Positions 1 through 12,373 of a stretch of DNA of 64,000 bases are shown in pieces. The DNA lies in the NCBI GenBank assembly GCA_963708295.1, contig CAVPSJ010000015.1:96001-160000 (forward strand). Direction: 5' to 3'. Under the pieces are notes generated by a model, which was given only the letters and a program-made list of their open reading frames with translations, did not search any database and was not told the DNA's origin. The translations under genes were made by a program, and so were the position numbers. How positions within the stretch are numbered: the first letter of the stretch is position 1; each line of letters starts with the position of its first letter. The DNA is from an uncultured delta proteobacterium (GTDB lineage Bacteria; Desulfobacterota; BSN033; UBA1163).

Positions 1-1010
1 GCCTCCAGCAATTCCTGAGCTTCTGCGACAGTTCGTTCAATCACCTCTTTGCAGGTGGGGATATCTTCCATCAACCCGATGGCCTGGCTCATGGGCAGCA
101 CTCCCGTTTCTAAGTCACCGTTATCAATGGCAGCCTGGAGTCCTTTAAGACTGAGTGCCTGACGGGCAAGGTCCCGAACACCTCGCTGTTGAAGGCCTCC
201 TAAGAGAAGCTTGGAAAAGGGAACATGGATCATACGTTTGATGCGAAGAGCACTGGACAGGGCCTGAAAGAGAGACGGCCTCCGTTCTGCCATCTTGAGG
301 GCGGCCGGGTTTTTGAGCCATCTTCCCGGCAAGCCATCGATCTTCTCGGAACAGATCGTATCTTCCATGGTGGCTTTAAGGGAAAGTTCTTTTGCCTTCT
401 GGTGCATACTGCATTCCTGAGTCAACATGAACCGGGTGCCCATGGAAATTCCTTCCGCCCCCAAAACCAGAGCGGCCGCTAATCCGCGACCGCCGGAGAA
501 ACCACCTGCGGCGATAATCGGAAGTTTTGATTGGCGAGCGATCGAAGGGATCAATACCAACGTGCCTACTTCTGCTCCATGGGCTGCTGCCTCGTGACCC
601 GTCACCACGAGAGCATCTACTCCATCCATTTCGGCTCGACGAGCATGCTTCTCGATGGCCACCGTCGCCAAAACCTTACCCCCATAGGCATGGGCGGCCT
701 TAATAATCCAATCGCCTTTTCCCAGAGCAAAATTTATAATCGGAACCTTTTCCTCAAGAGCGACCTCCAAATTTTCTCTCGCGTTGGGGAAGACCAGGGT
801 GGCATTTACGCCGAAGGGTTTATCCGTAAGAGATTTTACCTGCCGGATCACATCCTTTATTTGATCGGGAGTATAGGCGACGCAGTTCAGCATCCCCATT
901 CCCCCCGCATTCGAAACTGCCGCAACCAGTCTTGGCAAACTCACGAAGGCCATTCCTGCGAGCATAATCGGGTGCTTGATTCCCAGGAGCTCAGTCATTC
1001 TTGTTTTCAT
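1..1010 (-). CDS. Nitronate monooxygenase / FabK-like flavin oxidoreductase (3' end runs off window)
   Basis: Not in the ORF track. Manual translation from the ATG at 1010 gives MKTRMTELLGIKHPIMLAGMA...AAVSNAGG...GHEAAAHG...PIIAAGG...GISMGTRF, the NMO/FabK motifs. Confidence 0.9.
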   Translation of the reverse strand, partial: MKTRMTELLGIKHPIMLAGMAFVSLPRLVAAVSNAGGMGMLNCVAYTPDQIKDVIRQVKSLTDKPFGVNATLVFPNARENLEVALEEKVPIINFALGKGDWIIKAAHAYGGKVLATVAIEKHARRAEMDGVDALVVTGHEAAAHGAEVGTLVLIPSIARQSKLPIIAAGGFSGGRGLAAALVLGAEGISMGTRFMLTQECSMHQKAKELSLKATMEDTICSEKIDGLPGRWLKNPAALKMAERRPSLFQALSSALRIKRMIHVPFSKLLLGGLQQRGVRDLARQALSLKGLQAAIDNGDLETGVLPMSQAIGLMEDIPTCKEVIERTVAEAQELLE

Positions 1011-1269
1011 TTTCTTCTCCTCTGATGCCATTTTTTTTCGATTCAAAAGGAAACGCAAAAGGTGAACGAGGCGATTATCTCAGATTTGACCCAATTTTTC
1101 AACCTCAACGGACTTCACGTTTTTTCCTCCATGATGACACAGTTATCGCCTATCCATTTGACGGGGATCGACTTCACCCGGTTCATCTTTGCAAATAATT
1201 CTTGTAGTTTGATAGTGGATATGATAAATATTCCCAAATCCTTAATGGTTTCAGAAAGGAGACGGGGAA

Positions 1270-2386
1270 GTGGCTTCCTATAAGGTTATCTTTCTAGGCA
1301 TCTCCGTGGTCGGACCGGAAGAGGAGGGTCGTTTGCTCAGCGGCCTCCAGAAGAGATTTAATCTGACCCCCGGAAAGGCTGAAGGCTTGCTCCAAAAAGT
1401 CCCCGTCGTCGTAAAAAAAGGCCTTTCAAAACTGGAGGCGGAAAGGTTTGTGAGGGCTTTTGAGGAGATCGGGGGGAGAGTCGAGGTAGAGGAGGAGATT
1501 CCCGCTCCGGAAATTACTCTGGATCATGAGACCGCAGCAGGACCGGGACCTAAACCCGGCCCCGGGCCTGAGCCGAAGCCCACTCCTTTGAGCCCTGAGC
1601 CTAAAAAGAAGGCTTACAAAGTGGGAATGGTGAGCTTGTCCCCAATGTGGGTTCGAGCAGCCTCAAACCGATGAGTGCGTTAAATGCGGGATCATCATTT
1701 CCAAATATGTCCAATTTCAGGAGACGGCTCGATCGGTTGAGGGTCAGGTTCGAGAGATTTCCGCGGAAGAGTACACCCCATGGGAGAGTGGAGAAGGATT
1801 CATAAACGCCTTTTACAGAACGACACGGGATTGCCTCTTTTCACCCGTCGGGTTCTTTAGGAGGATTTCGGTCGGTGAGGGATACTGGACTCCGCTGATC
1901 TATGGGTTGATCACAGGGATCATTGGACAAGGTGCCGCGTTCTTTTGGGTTTGGCTTTTCATGGCACAATTCATTCCATTAGATAAGTTGCCTTTTCAGT
2001 ATAGTTTTTCCATCCTCCAGTTTATTATTCCTTTACCCTTCCAGCAAGCCATCATCCTTTTTATCGCCAGTGCTGTCATTCACCTCTGTCTCATGGTTGT
2101 AGGAGGGAACCACAAGGGGTACAAGACAACCTTCCGCGCCATTTGTTATTCCAACAGCGCTCAACTTTTTAATATTGTCCCTTTCATTGGGAGTATTATC
2201 GGATTTATTTATATGATCATCCTCTTTATCCTTGGGGTAAGAGAGGGGCACGGCATTCGAACTGGGAAGGCAGTTCTAGCCGTCCTCCTCCCGGTGATTA
2301 TAATCCTCGCACTCATTATTATTGCCGTGGTTCTCGCGATCATGTTCGTCGGGTCAATGGGGTTCTTTAGCGGGGTGCGAACGTAA
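1270..2386 (+). CDS. Multidomain membrane protein (N-terminal L7/L12-like domain, Pro-rich linker, zinc ribbon, Yip1 domain), split by one frameshift near 1630
   Basis: ORF 1270-1674 continues in a shifted frame as CPQCGFEQPQTDECVKCGII...TPWE...PLIYG and into ORF 1907-2386, whose TM helices are Yip1-like. Confidence 0.75.
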
Positions 2387-2415
2387 GCCTGAGTCAAGAG
2401 CTTTCGTTTTCATCC

Positions 2416-2440
2416 AAGGGGCGTACGGCCCTTTTTTTTT
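2416..2440 (+). terminator. Rho-independent terminator
   Basis: GGGC-GTACG-GCCC stem followed by T9, just after the Yip1 gene. Confidence 0.6.
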
Positions 2441-2573
2441 AATGACTGAAGAAGGAGTTGAGATAAAAACGTCAGGAGCGAAGAGTTCAACGTGGCGAGT
2501 TAAAGAAAGGGATGAATGACGGAGAGCTTTTCAACACGGGCCATCCATCCTTAGCCATCAAGTTCTGAGGACG

Positions 2574-4754
2574 ATGAAGAGAAAAAGAGCAAAAAGAGAG
2601 AAAGAACGGGATCCCGGGGAGGTCCGCCGGGATTTTTCTGGCGAACAAATCCTTGACCTGATGAGGGAAGAAGACCGGCCTCTTCTTTTGAAAGAAATTC
2701 TCCGGCGGTTGGGCCTTGAAAAGGAGCAAAGACATCAAGCGAGAGAAACCCTGAAGGATCTGGCGGATGGGGGAAAAGTTGTTCGGATTCGAGGAAACCG
2801 TTACGGCCTTTCGTCGAAGATGAACCTGGTCGTGGGCAGGGTCAAGACGCACCCGGATGGATATGGATTTGTCATTCCCGAAGCAGAGGGAGAGGAAGAT
2901 GTCTTCATCGGCCCCAGAAATCTCAAAGAGGCGATGCACGGAGATCGTGTCGTCGCAAGAATCGAGTCCATCCGGAGGAAGGGCAAAGAAGGCAGCGTCA
3001 TCCGGATCCTGGAACGAAAGACGCGGAAGGTCGTGGGTAAGTTTATGAGGGCCAAGAATTATGCCTACGTCCTTCCGGAGGATGAACGGATCCTCCAGGA
3101 AGTCTACATCCCGGAAGGAGAGACAAAGAGAGCGAGGCCGAGTCAGATTGTGGTGGCGGAGATCACCCAGTATCCGATGGAAAGGACGAGACCGGTAGGG
3201 AAAGTGACTCACATTTTGGGATACCCTGATGATCCGGAGATTGAACCCCAAATCATGATTCACAAATACGACCTTCCTGATCGGTTTACATCCGCCGCGT
3301 TGAAAGAGGCGCTCGACCTCCCTCCGATTCCGTCGCCCCATGAATGCCGGGGCCGAGTTGACTTGAGAGGGATTCCGACCTTCACCATCGATGGAGAAAA
3401 CGCAAGAGATTTCGATGACGCCGTTTCCATTGAGAGAGAAAGAGAAGGAGGCGTCAAACTCTATGTGTCGATCTCCGATGTCAGTCACTATGTCGAGGAA
3501 GGGAGTGCCTTGGATGACGAAGCGTATCTCCGGGGGACCAGCGTCTATTTTCCAGACCGCGCGATTCCTATGTTCCCGCCCGAGCTCTCGAATGAGATCT
3601 GTTGTCTCCACCCCAAAGTCGACCGGCTGACTCTTACAGCCGAGTTGACCTATGACGGAAACGGGGAGGGAAGGGAAGTTCGATTCTATCCCAGTGTGAT
3701 CCGAAGCAACGAGAGGCTGACCTACACAGGGGTTAGAAAAATCCTGGTGGATGGGGAGATGGAACTCAGAGAGAGATTCAGCCCTCTCCTCCCTTCCCTG
3801 GACCTTATGGCGGATCTCTGTCGAAAACTTCGCCGGAAACGAATCGAAAGAGGAACCATAGATTTCGATCTTCCGGAACCCGAGGTCATCCTCAATCTCC
3901 AAGGGGAGGCAGAGGACATCATTCGGGCAGAGAGAAGCCTCGCTCACCAGATTATTGAAGAGTTCATGATCGCCGCCAATGAGGCCGTCGCTCGGTTTAT
4001 GGAGGAAAAAGGGGTTCCGTTCATCTATCGCATCCATGAACCTCCGAAGGAAGAAGCGATGGATGAGTTCCGAAGGTTTATTTCCCATTTCGGATACAAA
4101 ATGAAAAAGGAGCCAGGCCATTCTCCAAAAGAAATCCAGAGAGTCCTTTCGGATGTCAAGGGAAGGCCTGAAGAAAGGGTTGTGAACGAAATTCTTCTTC
4201 GGTCGATGAAGTGGGCCAAGTATTCAGCCAAGAACTTGGGACACTTCGGCCTGGCCTCCGACGGCTACACCCATTTTACTTCTCCCATCCGAAGGTATCC
4301 TGATCTGATGGTTCACCGGTTCTTGAAAAAAGTGCTCTCCGGGGAAGCGATGAGAATCCAGGAGGAGGTTTTAGCCAACAAGGCTGCCCATCTCTCCAAT
4401 AGGGAAAGGGTGGCCATGGAGGCGGAGAGGGAAATTCTGAACCGATACAGGGTCCGCTTCATGAAGGATAAGATCGGCGAGGAATTTGAAGGAGTGATCA
4501 GCGGAGTGACCGCTTTTGGCTTCTTTGTAGAGCTGAAGGATATTTTTGTAGAAGGGCTGGTGAGGGTGACCAGCCTTCATGATGACTACTATCAGTACCA
4601 CGAAAAACGGTATGCTCTCGTTGGCGAGAGGACCCACAAAGCTTTCAGAATTGGAGACGAAGTCAGGGTCAGTCTGGAGCGGGTGGATGTGGAAAGAAGA
4701 CATATTGATTTTGGAATGATTAAAAAGACGGAAAGAGTGAGAGATGGGAAATAA
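2574..4754 (+). CDS. rnr: Ribonuclease R
   Basis: 726 aa with HTH, cold-shock domains, RNB motifs (TIDGENARDFDDAVS, HFTSPIRRYPDL) and a C-terminal S1 domain. Confidence 0.97.
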   Translation: MKRKRAKREKERDPGEVRRDFSGEQILDLMREEDRPLLLKEILRRLGLEKEQRHQARETLKDLADGGKVVRIRGNRYGLSSKMNLVVGRVKTHPDGYGFVIPEAEGEEDVFIGPRNLKEAMHGDRVVARIESIRRKGKEGSVIRILERKTRKVVGKFMRAKNYAYVLPEDERILQEVYIPEGETKRARPSQIVVAEITQYPMERTRPVGKVTHILGYPDDPEIEPQIMIHKYDLPDRFTSAALKEALDLPPIPSPHECRGRVDLRGIPTFTIDGENARDFDDAVSIEREREGGVKLYVSISDVSHYVEEGSALDDEAYLRGTSVYFPDRAIPMFPPELSNEICCLHPKVDRLTLTAELTYDGNGEGREVRFYPSVIRSNERLTYTGVRKILVDGEMELRERFSPLLPSLDLMADLCRKLRRKRIERGTIDFDLPEPEVILNLQGEAEDIIRAERSLAHQIIEEFMIAANEAVARFMEEKGVPFIYRIHEPPKEEAMDEFRRFISHFGYKMKKEPGHSPKEIQRVLSDVKGRPEERVVNEILLRSMKWAKYSAKNLGHFGLASDGYTHFTSPIRRYPDLMVHRFLKKVLSGEAMRIQEEVLANKAAHLSNRERVAMEAEREILNRYRVRFMKDKIGEEFEGVISGVTAFGFFVELKDIFVEGLVRVTSLHDDYYQYHEKRYALVGERTHKAFRIGDEVRVSLERVDVERRHIDFGMIKKTERVRDGK

Positions 4755-4910
4755 AGTGTCCCGGCCATTGTTTGAGTTGCCGGACAATGTCAAGATAACC
4801 CTTCTTACGGGTTCCACCTACCTATCTTCAGTGAAAGGATGATCAGAGAGTTGATGATTACGGGTAGAAACACGCACAGTTTATAAATTTCGTTTGTTGG
4901 GAAAACGAAA

Positions 4911-4948
4911 AGGGATGCAGCCTAAATAATCATCAGAACTGCATCCCT
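4911..4948 (-). terminator. Terminator hairpin between convergent genes
   Basis: AGGGATGCAG / CTGCATCCCT perfect 10-bp inverted repeat, with a T-run following on the minus strand. Confidence 0.55.
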
Positions 4949-4986
4949 TCTTCTCAAGGTTCAATACCCGAAAACCTTTAGTTAAA

Positions 4987-7207
4987 CTAATCAGGGTTTG
5001 TGGTCAAAGGCACATCGGACGCTTCTCCTCCCCAGCCCATGCCATAGGTACTTCCATCGGAAGAGTGGATAATCCACCAGCCGCCATTGCTATTCTGGTA
5101 AACGGCCACGTCGGTCTTTCCATCACCATCGTAATCCCCAGGCACAGGGGTGAATCCAGATCCGCCCCATCCCACTCCGTAGGCCCCCACCTGTCCTTGT
5201 GGTCCCACACCAGAAGAAGGAATGATCCACCAGGCACCGGTGGTGGTATTGTAGATGGCAATGTCTGTCTTCCCATCTCCATCATAATCCCCAAGAACAG
5301 GGCTGAATCCAGAGCCTCCCCAACCGACTCCGTAAGCGGGGGTACCGGAAGAGGGGATGATCCACCAGGCACCTCCAGTGGTATCGTAGATGGCAATATC
5401 CGTTCTTCCATCTCCATCGTAATCTCCTGGGAACGGGTTTGAATCCAGATCCACCCCAGCCGACTCCATAGGCTGGAATACCGGAAGAGGGGATGATCCA
5501 CCAGGCACCTCCGGTGGTATCGTAGATGGCAATATCGGTCTTTCCATCTCCGTCGTAATCTCCAGGGAACGGGTTTGAATGCCAGAGTCCACCCCAACCG
5601 ACTCCATAGGCTGGGACTATCCAGAAGAGGGGATGATCCACCAGGCACCTCCTGTGGTATCGTAGATGGCAATATCGGTCTTTCCATCTCCATCATAGTC
5701 TCCGGGGACAGGTTTGAATCCAGAGTCCACCCCAGCCATAGCCATAGGCAGGAGCACCTGAGGAGGGAGTGATCCACCAGACACCGGTGCTGGAACGGTA
5801 GAAGGCAATATCGGTCTTTCGATCACCATCAAAATCAAAGATCTCCGGGCGGGGATTAACCATCACGTCATCAAATAAAGCTTCGATGGTCGCCTCCTTG
5901 CCGGCAAGATCCCGAATCCGGGTCGTTATTTCTTTCGACTGAATATTGGGTGGATGAGTACTCGTTACCGGTGTATAGCTGGCACTTTCATTATCAATTT
6001 TAAAGGTGATCTGACTTCCATCCCAGCCAAGCAATAGCGTATAGGTATTCCCTAATGTAATCGGCGTAGCAAATGTCCCCGATGTTATGACCACCGAATT
6101 ACTTCCCGCAGAATCCGAAAATGTCCAAACAGTCCAACCCACGATTGGATTTTCTCCTGTCCCCCCAATATAAACTTCAGCCCCTACGTCACCCAAGAAT
6201 CCTCCTCCTGGGGTCCCATCATTATAGAAAATTCCCCCGATGCGAGCGCTCACAACCGCTCCTTGCGCATTTTCGTATATCGTTGGCGTTACCTTGGCTT
6301 GGATTACATTGATCGAAGAAGGATTTAGAAATTCATGACGATTATAAATACCAGAGGTAGATGCCGTACTGCTTCTGACCTTTGACCGAAGCTTTCCGTC
6401 TGATATCTCCTTCACATATTCATAGTCGATCCATTTTGTTTCATCGATGGTTGGAGGAGAGAAATCATCATATAGAACCCCGTTCTTGTAAATATTATCA
6501 AAAGTAGCAGAGATGTACCCTGATGAGACGGAGTTAGTTACATCAACCCGGGTTCCAATGACTTTCCGGGGGACGTTAGCATATCCGACTCGTGTTGGAA
6601 GTCCAACAGGGCCAAAGGTTTTTTCTTCCGCCCCAACTTTGAATGTAAATTGGTTAACTCCCGGATCATAGCTGACGTATAAGGTATAGGTCGTCCCAGC
6701 ACTAATAGGTGTCGCAAATTCCCCATACCCCAAGACAGGACCCGTACTACCATCAGCACTCGTGAGCCTTACAACCTCCCACGCAGCATAAAGTCCCGTA
6801 GAATCTTTCCGAAGGAACACCTCTCCAACGATGCTCCCTATAATCCCTCCACCTGCAGTGCCATCATAGTACCATGTACCTGAGACCCTTGCCCACGTCT
6901 CGGCCTGATTGCTGATATCCGCTTGATGAATGGTAACATCCGCTTGAATTGAATTAACGGAGTTCGGGTCTACAAACGCCAAGCGATTCGCATCCCAATA
7001 GGGATAAGCAGAAGGTCTTGTACTGGCTTGTTTCACCAATAGCCTCTGATTTGCCGAGTCGATCTCTCTTACCATTTCGCCTTGTCTCCATTTAGTTCTG
7101 TCGATATAGGTCCCTGAAAAATCATCATAGGGAACAAGTGAGAAAGATAATGCGGGAAGAAATAAAACAAAAGATAAGACGATCAAGAATATCTTAGGCT
7201 TTTTCAT
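4987..7207 (-). CDS. Secreted protein with two tandem homologous domains and six C-terminal FG-GAP/VCBS-like repeats; several frameshifts in the repeat region
   Basis: Signal peptide MKKPKIFLIVLSFVLFLPALSFS. The DYDGDGKTDIAIY...WWIIPSSG..YGVGWGG repeats are spread over ORFs 5693-7249, 5617-5838, 5282-5641 and 4987-5607. Confidence 0.8.
5030..5840 (-). repeat. Six tandem coding repeats of about 135 bp (FG-GAP-like)
   Basis: GTAGATGGCAAT-type motif recurs at about 5251, 5386, 5522, 5662 and 5798, with a diverged copy near 5097. Confidence 0.9.
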
Positions 7208-7306
7208 AGAAATGTTCTCCTTTCTGACTATATATGGCCTCTTAGACATTTTTGATGGCTCCCTTTTGGATTAAAAAAGTCCCTCGCATTCAGGCGATCA
7301 CTTTAG

Positions 7307-7585
7307 TTAATCGAAAAAAGATTTATAGCGTGATAGGAATATCTGACGGATCTCCACCCCACACTCCACTGCATCTACTACACTGGCAAATTCAGCCAGA
7401 AAGTTGTCTCCTGGTGCATCCACCACCCGGCCATGATGATGCTGAATGAGGTTGGCCATCACCTCTTTGTTAGTGTTCAGGGTTTCGAGGGTTCCAGCCT
7501 CATCCTTGGCCTTGAGGCGGTGGCAGGCCTTCACATCCGCACTTAGGATGGTAGTGAGTCTGCGTTTAACTTCTTGCGTGGTCAT
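7307..7585 (-). pseudogene. Truncated class III adenylate/guanylate cyclase N-terminal fragment
   Basis: MTTQEVKRRLTTILSADVK...HHGRVVDAPGDNFLAEFASVVDAVECGVEIRQ, then an abrupt end. Confidence 0.8.
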
Positions 7586-7843
7586 GGAGTCCCCCAAAAA
7601 CTCCATAAAAGGAAGGGAAAAAATAAGGTTATTTAGAAGGGTTCTTACTCCAATATTGATAAAAAACTACTCTTTTTGGATAAAAATGTCAACCAGAAAT
7701 AAACGATTAACATTTGAAATGTTGTATTGAGGCGAGATTTTGGAAAATAGCGAGGAAGAAGTCACCATCACGCTTGACAATGTCTGCAAAGTCAAATTCC
7801 GACTTTCACAAATAAAGGGATGTGACGATGAGAGGGCGGTGGA

Positions 7844-8717
7844 TCAGTGATAAAGCCAATACGTAGCGCTAATCGAATCTTCGCCGAGCATGGGCATCTT
7901 CACTCCGCTGGCAATCAGGCTATAACGCATCAATATTCCACCGATGAGAATGAGACCTGAGCCGACCTGAAGCAGCGGTGCCGAGGATGAAATATTATCG
8001 ATGATATACAACACGAGCGGTACGACCAACCCTATGGCTACGACACCCATCACGAACATAAAAAAGAGATTGCCTTTGATCAACTGACGGACCGAGAACT
8101 GAGCTGCTTTTGAACCTTGCCCTGCGATGATCATATAAATCAGAAGGAATGACCCATAAATCACGAGTAGCCAGAGCGTGACTCGGCTCAAATTGAAATT
8201 TACATGGCCCAATCCTCCCACTAAGGTAACCACAGCGCTCCCAGAGACCAAGGCAGCACTCAGTAAAAGTAACGAGAGGCCGGACCCACTCCAAAAGGGT
8301 ATCGCCTTCATGAGGCCCATCAGCGCTCCGGGATATATTATTGTGAGGAATGATACCATCACACCAAGCCACACGACTGAATACAATGCACCCGTTGCTA
8401 AACCGGTGGACAGTATCCCGATCGTTGCTATCGAAAAAATGATGAGGAGGGAAAGGCTGATGGCACCTACAGTCAACGGCGATTTGATATTAAAAAATGC
8501 TCTCGGGACCCGCCGCTACAGAAGTCGAATCTTTTACAAGCCCGAATACGCATATTAAGACCAAAACCAAAGATGCGAATACGCCGGTTAAGAAAATCCT
8601 GCCGCCGAAAAACAGATAGGGGAGCACCGATATCATATAAACGCCGCCAGCCGTTCCTCCACAAAATACCTCAATGGCGATAGGCCAACCCCATTCCCTT
8701 TGCGATTTATACGCCAT
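7844..8717 (-). CDS. NrfD/PsrC-type membrane anchor (PadD-like position), frameshifted near 8500
   Basis: MAYKSQREWGWPIAIEVFCGGTAGG in ORF 8490-8873 joins the multi-TM ORF 7844-8476 ending LILIGGILMRY. Confidence 0.8.
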
Positions 8718-9417
8718 TTTCCAATCCTTCCTCACCCCCATCGCTTCTCTGCTTCGTCCTGACCCTTGCCGGCAAGGGTCTGCCAACAGAGACGTAAAAT
8801 ACCGACGGACCCGTGTTAAATTCTCCGTGTAGTACCTCCCCTCTATGACTGCCGATGAGTCTCGATATTTCACTCTTTGGATCGTTCAGATCGCCGAACG
8901 TCCTGGCGTTCACGGGACAGGCGTTTACACATGCCGGATTTGCATCCCACTCCACCCCCGGCGTCAAACCATGTGCGATTCCCCGTTCGATTCGATCTTT
9001 ACAGAAGTTGCATTTCTCGACAGTGCCGGGTTGCCTTGAAATAGAGCATTCTTCTTTCCGGCAGCCTTCCGTTGTTAAATAAGTGTCCTCGGGATTTTCA
9101 AACCGAACATGATACGGACAGGCCACCATGCAGGCCTTGCATCCTATGCATTTATTCTGGTCGATAGCGACGATACCATCAACTCGCTTATGCGTTGCCC
9201 CTGAGGGGCAGACTTGCTCGCAAGAGGCATTCTCGCAGTGCATGCAGAGTATTGGCAAGAAGGTCCTGATGACATTTGGGTATTTTCCTCGCTCGTAATC
9301 ATAAACGAAAGTCCAAAATACCCCCTTTCCTGTCTTATTTTCCGCCTTGCAGGCGTACGTGCAAGCATGACACCCAATGCAGCGGAACAGATCGATTACC
9401 ATTCCCCATCTTGACAC
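8707..9417 (-). CDS. 4Fe-4S dicluster electron-transfer subunit (DmsB/PadC-like)
   Basis: CIGCHACTYAC, CMHCENASCEQVCP, CIGCKACMVACP and KCNFC...GLTPG..PACVNACP motifs. Confidence 0.92.
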   Translation of the reverse strand: MSRWGMVIDLFRCIGCHACTYACKAENKTGKGVFWTFVYDYERGKYPNVIRTFLPILCMHCENASCEQVCPSGATHKRVDGIVAIDQNKCIGCKACMVACPYHVRFENPEDTYLTTEGCRKEECSISRQPGTVEKCNFCKDRIERGIAHGLTPGVEWDANPACVNACPVNARTFGDLNDPKSEISRLIGSHRGEVLHGEFNTGPSVFYVSVGRPLPARVRTKQRSDGGEEGLENGV

Positions 9418-9423
9418 GTCACG

Positions 9424-12167
9424 TTACCTCTTTTTGGAGATCTTAACTTTAACGTGATCCGAGCTTGAGCCTGTCGCATCTGTCATCCGGATTTCATTTG
9501 GCTCAATTTCATTCATGTTAGGCCAGCGTCTGTCTTTGGCGAAAGGAGTCATCCAGTGGCCGAAATATTGAGTGACGACCAGGCAATCGGGCCTTACCCC
9601 TTGACGGCAGAATGCTTCCGCCTCTATCTCTCCCCATGGGGATCGGATGAGGAGCTTATCTCCAGTACGGATGCCCTTCCCGGCAGCCATATCGGCATTG
9701 ATTTGAACCTGAGGGAGACCCATCACATGCTCGGAAACATCCAGAGCCATTGGAAGCATGGCGTTGGTCGCCCATGCAAACTGACCGGCCCGGCTACAAA
9801 TCAACCACATGTCGTATTCATCGCCCGTCCCAAAATCTTTGGAGAAATCATAGCAATCTGGTATTCCTTTATATTCCTCCATCTGCTTATCCCAGAATTT
9901 AAGGTTGTGCTCTTTGAGCCTCTCCTTAAGCTCATCACCTATTTGCTTGAGGCGGCCCTGATACGGGAGCTCATAGCGAAGCTCATTCTTTACCATCTCC
10001 CTGTAATGATAAGTCTCAAGCCTGGGATAAGGCATAAAGTAGCCCCCATTTTCTTTGAACCAGTCTAATCCATGCTTTCCTCCGGTAACCGTCTTGCATT
10101 GAGCGTCAACGATCTCCTCGACCGTGTACTTCTCTTTCAGATTTTAGCGAGTACGGACCCGGTTCCTTGGTCACAGGGTCCGCCAACATCGTTCGGTTGA
10201 TTCCCTTATTGTACGCTTCAAGGATTCCAATCCTGGCCGCTAGTTCTGTAAATATGTCTGTGATGTCCATCGTGTTTACTGGAGTCGCCACGGGTTGCCG
10301 GATATGGAACCCCTGATAAGGTTCGTTGCCTCTTTTGACAAAGTTGGGGCCGCCCATCCGGAAAAGCTGCAAACCTTCCAAATCTGTTGCTTCCGGCAGA
10401 AGGATATCGGCGTAGTGAGAGGTCTCGTCGAAAGTGTAGGCAAACGCCACATGAAAAGGGGATCCTCTCAAGGACTTTGCGCACTGTTTCGAGATTAAAC
10501 TGGGAAAGCGCCGGGTTGGCTCGATGAGTGATATAGACTTCTGGAACGCTTGCCTTCGGCCAGCCCTCGGGCGGGTCAAGAATCGTCTTCCAAGCGAGAT
10601 GGTAGGCCCCCATCCAGCTTGATAGAGGACTGAGGCTATGGACCCCGGTTCTCAGTGATGGCGGCCACTGCCAGTGTTCTTTGTCAGTCGGAGCGAATGC
10701 TCTCTTAGCAAAGCCATATGAATCGGGGATACGTGGCCCGGTCTCAGGAGCCCTTTCGACCGCTTCCAGCAATCTGGCTCCTGGAGACATGTGCCCGCCG
10801 GGCACCTCAAGCCCGCCCACCAAGACAGAGAGCATGTGCGATCCCCATTCCGCCTGATAGGCGCCGAGACCGTTGTTCACATCTTTACCGAGGTTTATGC
10901 ATACCGGTCTGTAAGGCAGGACTTCGCCGTCTATCTCTATCGTGCTCCCAATTTGAGCAGTCTCTACCCATTCCATTGCAAGGCGTCTAATCGTGGATGC
11001 GGGCACGTCACATATCTCGGCTGCCCATTCGGGTTTGTACTTTTCCATCTCCTCCTTAAACAATTGGAAGCTTGGCTTAGCTCTTAATGCCGTTCACTTC
11101 ATATTCGCCTTCGAGAGCAAAATCCTGGACATGACGGTCGAACGGCTTCGCTTCGTTGGCGACGGAGTCCCATACGAGCGGCTTATGAGTTTCTGAGTCT
11201 TCCAGGTAATAACCGTTATCGAGCCTGATGAGGTAAGGAGCGTTGGTCCTCTGTTTGAGGAAAGGGATATCGAGCTTGCGGATCTCGTAGAGAATGGAAT
11301 GGATCATCGCAAACATAAACGCTGCATCGGTCTTCGGCTTTATTGGGATCCATTCATCGGACTTGGCTCCGGATACCGAAAGATGGGGTTCGACCTGGAC
11401 GAATCTGGCCCCTCTGGCTCGAGCATCCGCGTACCTTCGATACCCCTGCGTTCCTGTGCTTGTGTTTATACCCCTTCCAAAATTTATCACGAGCTTGACA
11501 AAGGGGGTATCATCGAAGCAGACGAAGGAGCTATGCCAGAGTTCACCGTAGACGTGTTCGCAGTGAGCGCATTTCACGCCGCTCCCTTGACGCAACGACC
11601 CATCCACGGGACCCAGCGCCCCGAAAAACGGGGTCCACGTGCCATTAAAGGCCGGCCCAACCCCGTCCGAAGCCGTGGAGACCGCGACTCTCAATTGCCC
11701 GCTCTCGTCACGCATCCCTTTCTTTCTAATCTCTTTCAACTTCGAAGCGACGATATCGAGCGCCTCATCCCAGCTGATTTCCTTCCAACCGGGATCTTCG
11801 CTGGCCCCTTTTCTCGGATTGGTGCGTTTCATCGGTCCTTTGATCCGATGGGGGTTATAGAGCTTTTCGATCAAACTCATCGCTTTAAAACAGCATTTCC
11901 CGTCATTCGGATGCATGCCCATGAAATTGGGGTTGCCTTCGACCTTATCCGCAACACCCTCCTTATTTATGTGAACTCGGATAGGATCAGGACCACTGTT
12001 ACATAATAAGCAGTAAGTGGAAACCCATTTTTCTCCGGGTTCGGCTTGGCCGGCACCCATGGGCGACCAGAATAAAGTGGATTCCTGGAATGGCTGCTCT
12101 TTCGCCGCAGTGAAGAACTTGTTTTTTGTTTTATGCAATCACAGTTTGGCGAACAGCCATCTTTCAT
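9424..12167 (-). CDS. Molybdopterin oxidoreductase large subunit, PadB-like (phenylacetyl-CoA:acceptor oxidoreductase family); about five frameshifts
   Basis: Fragments 11077-12138, 10218-11063, 10106-10579 and 9424-10035 are collinear pieces of one DMSO-reductase-family protein: TYCLLCNSGPD, MKRTNPRKG.EDPGW, GVKCAHCEHVYGELWH, VEPHLSVSGA, ADILLPEATDLE, and a C-terminal molybdopterin-binding domain. RBS GGAGG precedes 12167. Confidence 0.85.
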
Positions 12168-12373
12168 AACCTCCATAAATTCATCTATTTTAATATTTCT
12201 GAACTGAGAAACGCCATTCCCCTTTGTATCGATTCATCAGTGGGCCATCTGGCCGTTGACAACTCTGCCTGAAGTGGGTTACGTGTCAAAAAAATGAATG
12301 ATTTTTCTGGAAACTTCATAGACATTTTTATGGGGCACGTTTGAGAAGAGAATTTGTGTGTGAGGAGGTTTAA

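Noticed and set aside
2487-4121. 544-aa minus-strand ORF, and similar long antisense ORFs such as 37602-38879, 30357-31175 and 54930-55631
   Set aside because: Shadow frames opposite well-conserved genes (rnr, kinase, regulator, mnmG), with no recognisable motifs.
5030-5840. Near-identical repeats considered as DGR template/variable repeats or CRISPR
   Set aside because: They are coding FG-GAP repeats, the differences are not adenine-specific, and there is no reverse transcriptase in the window.
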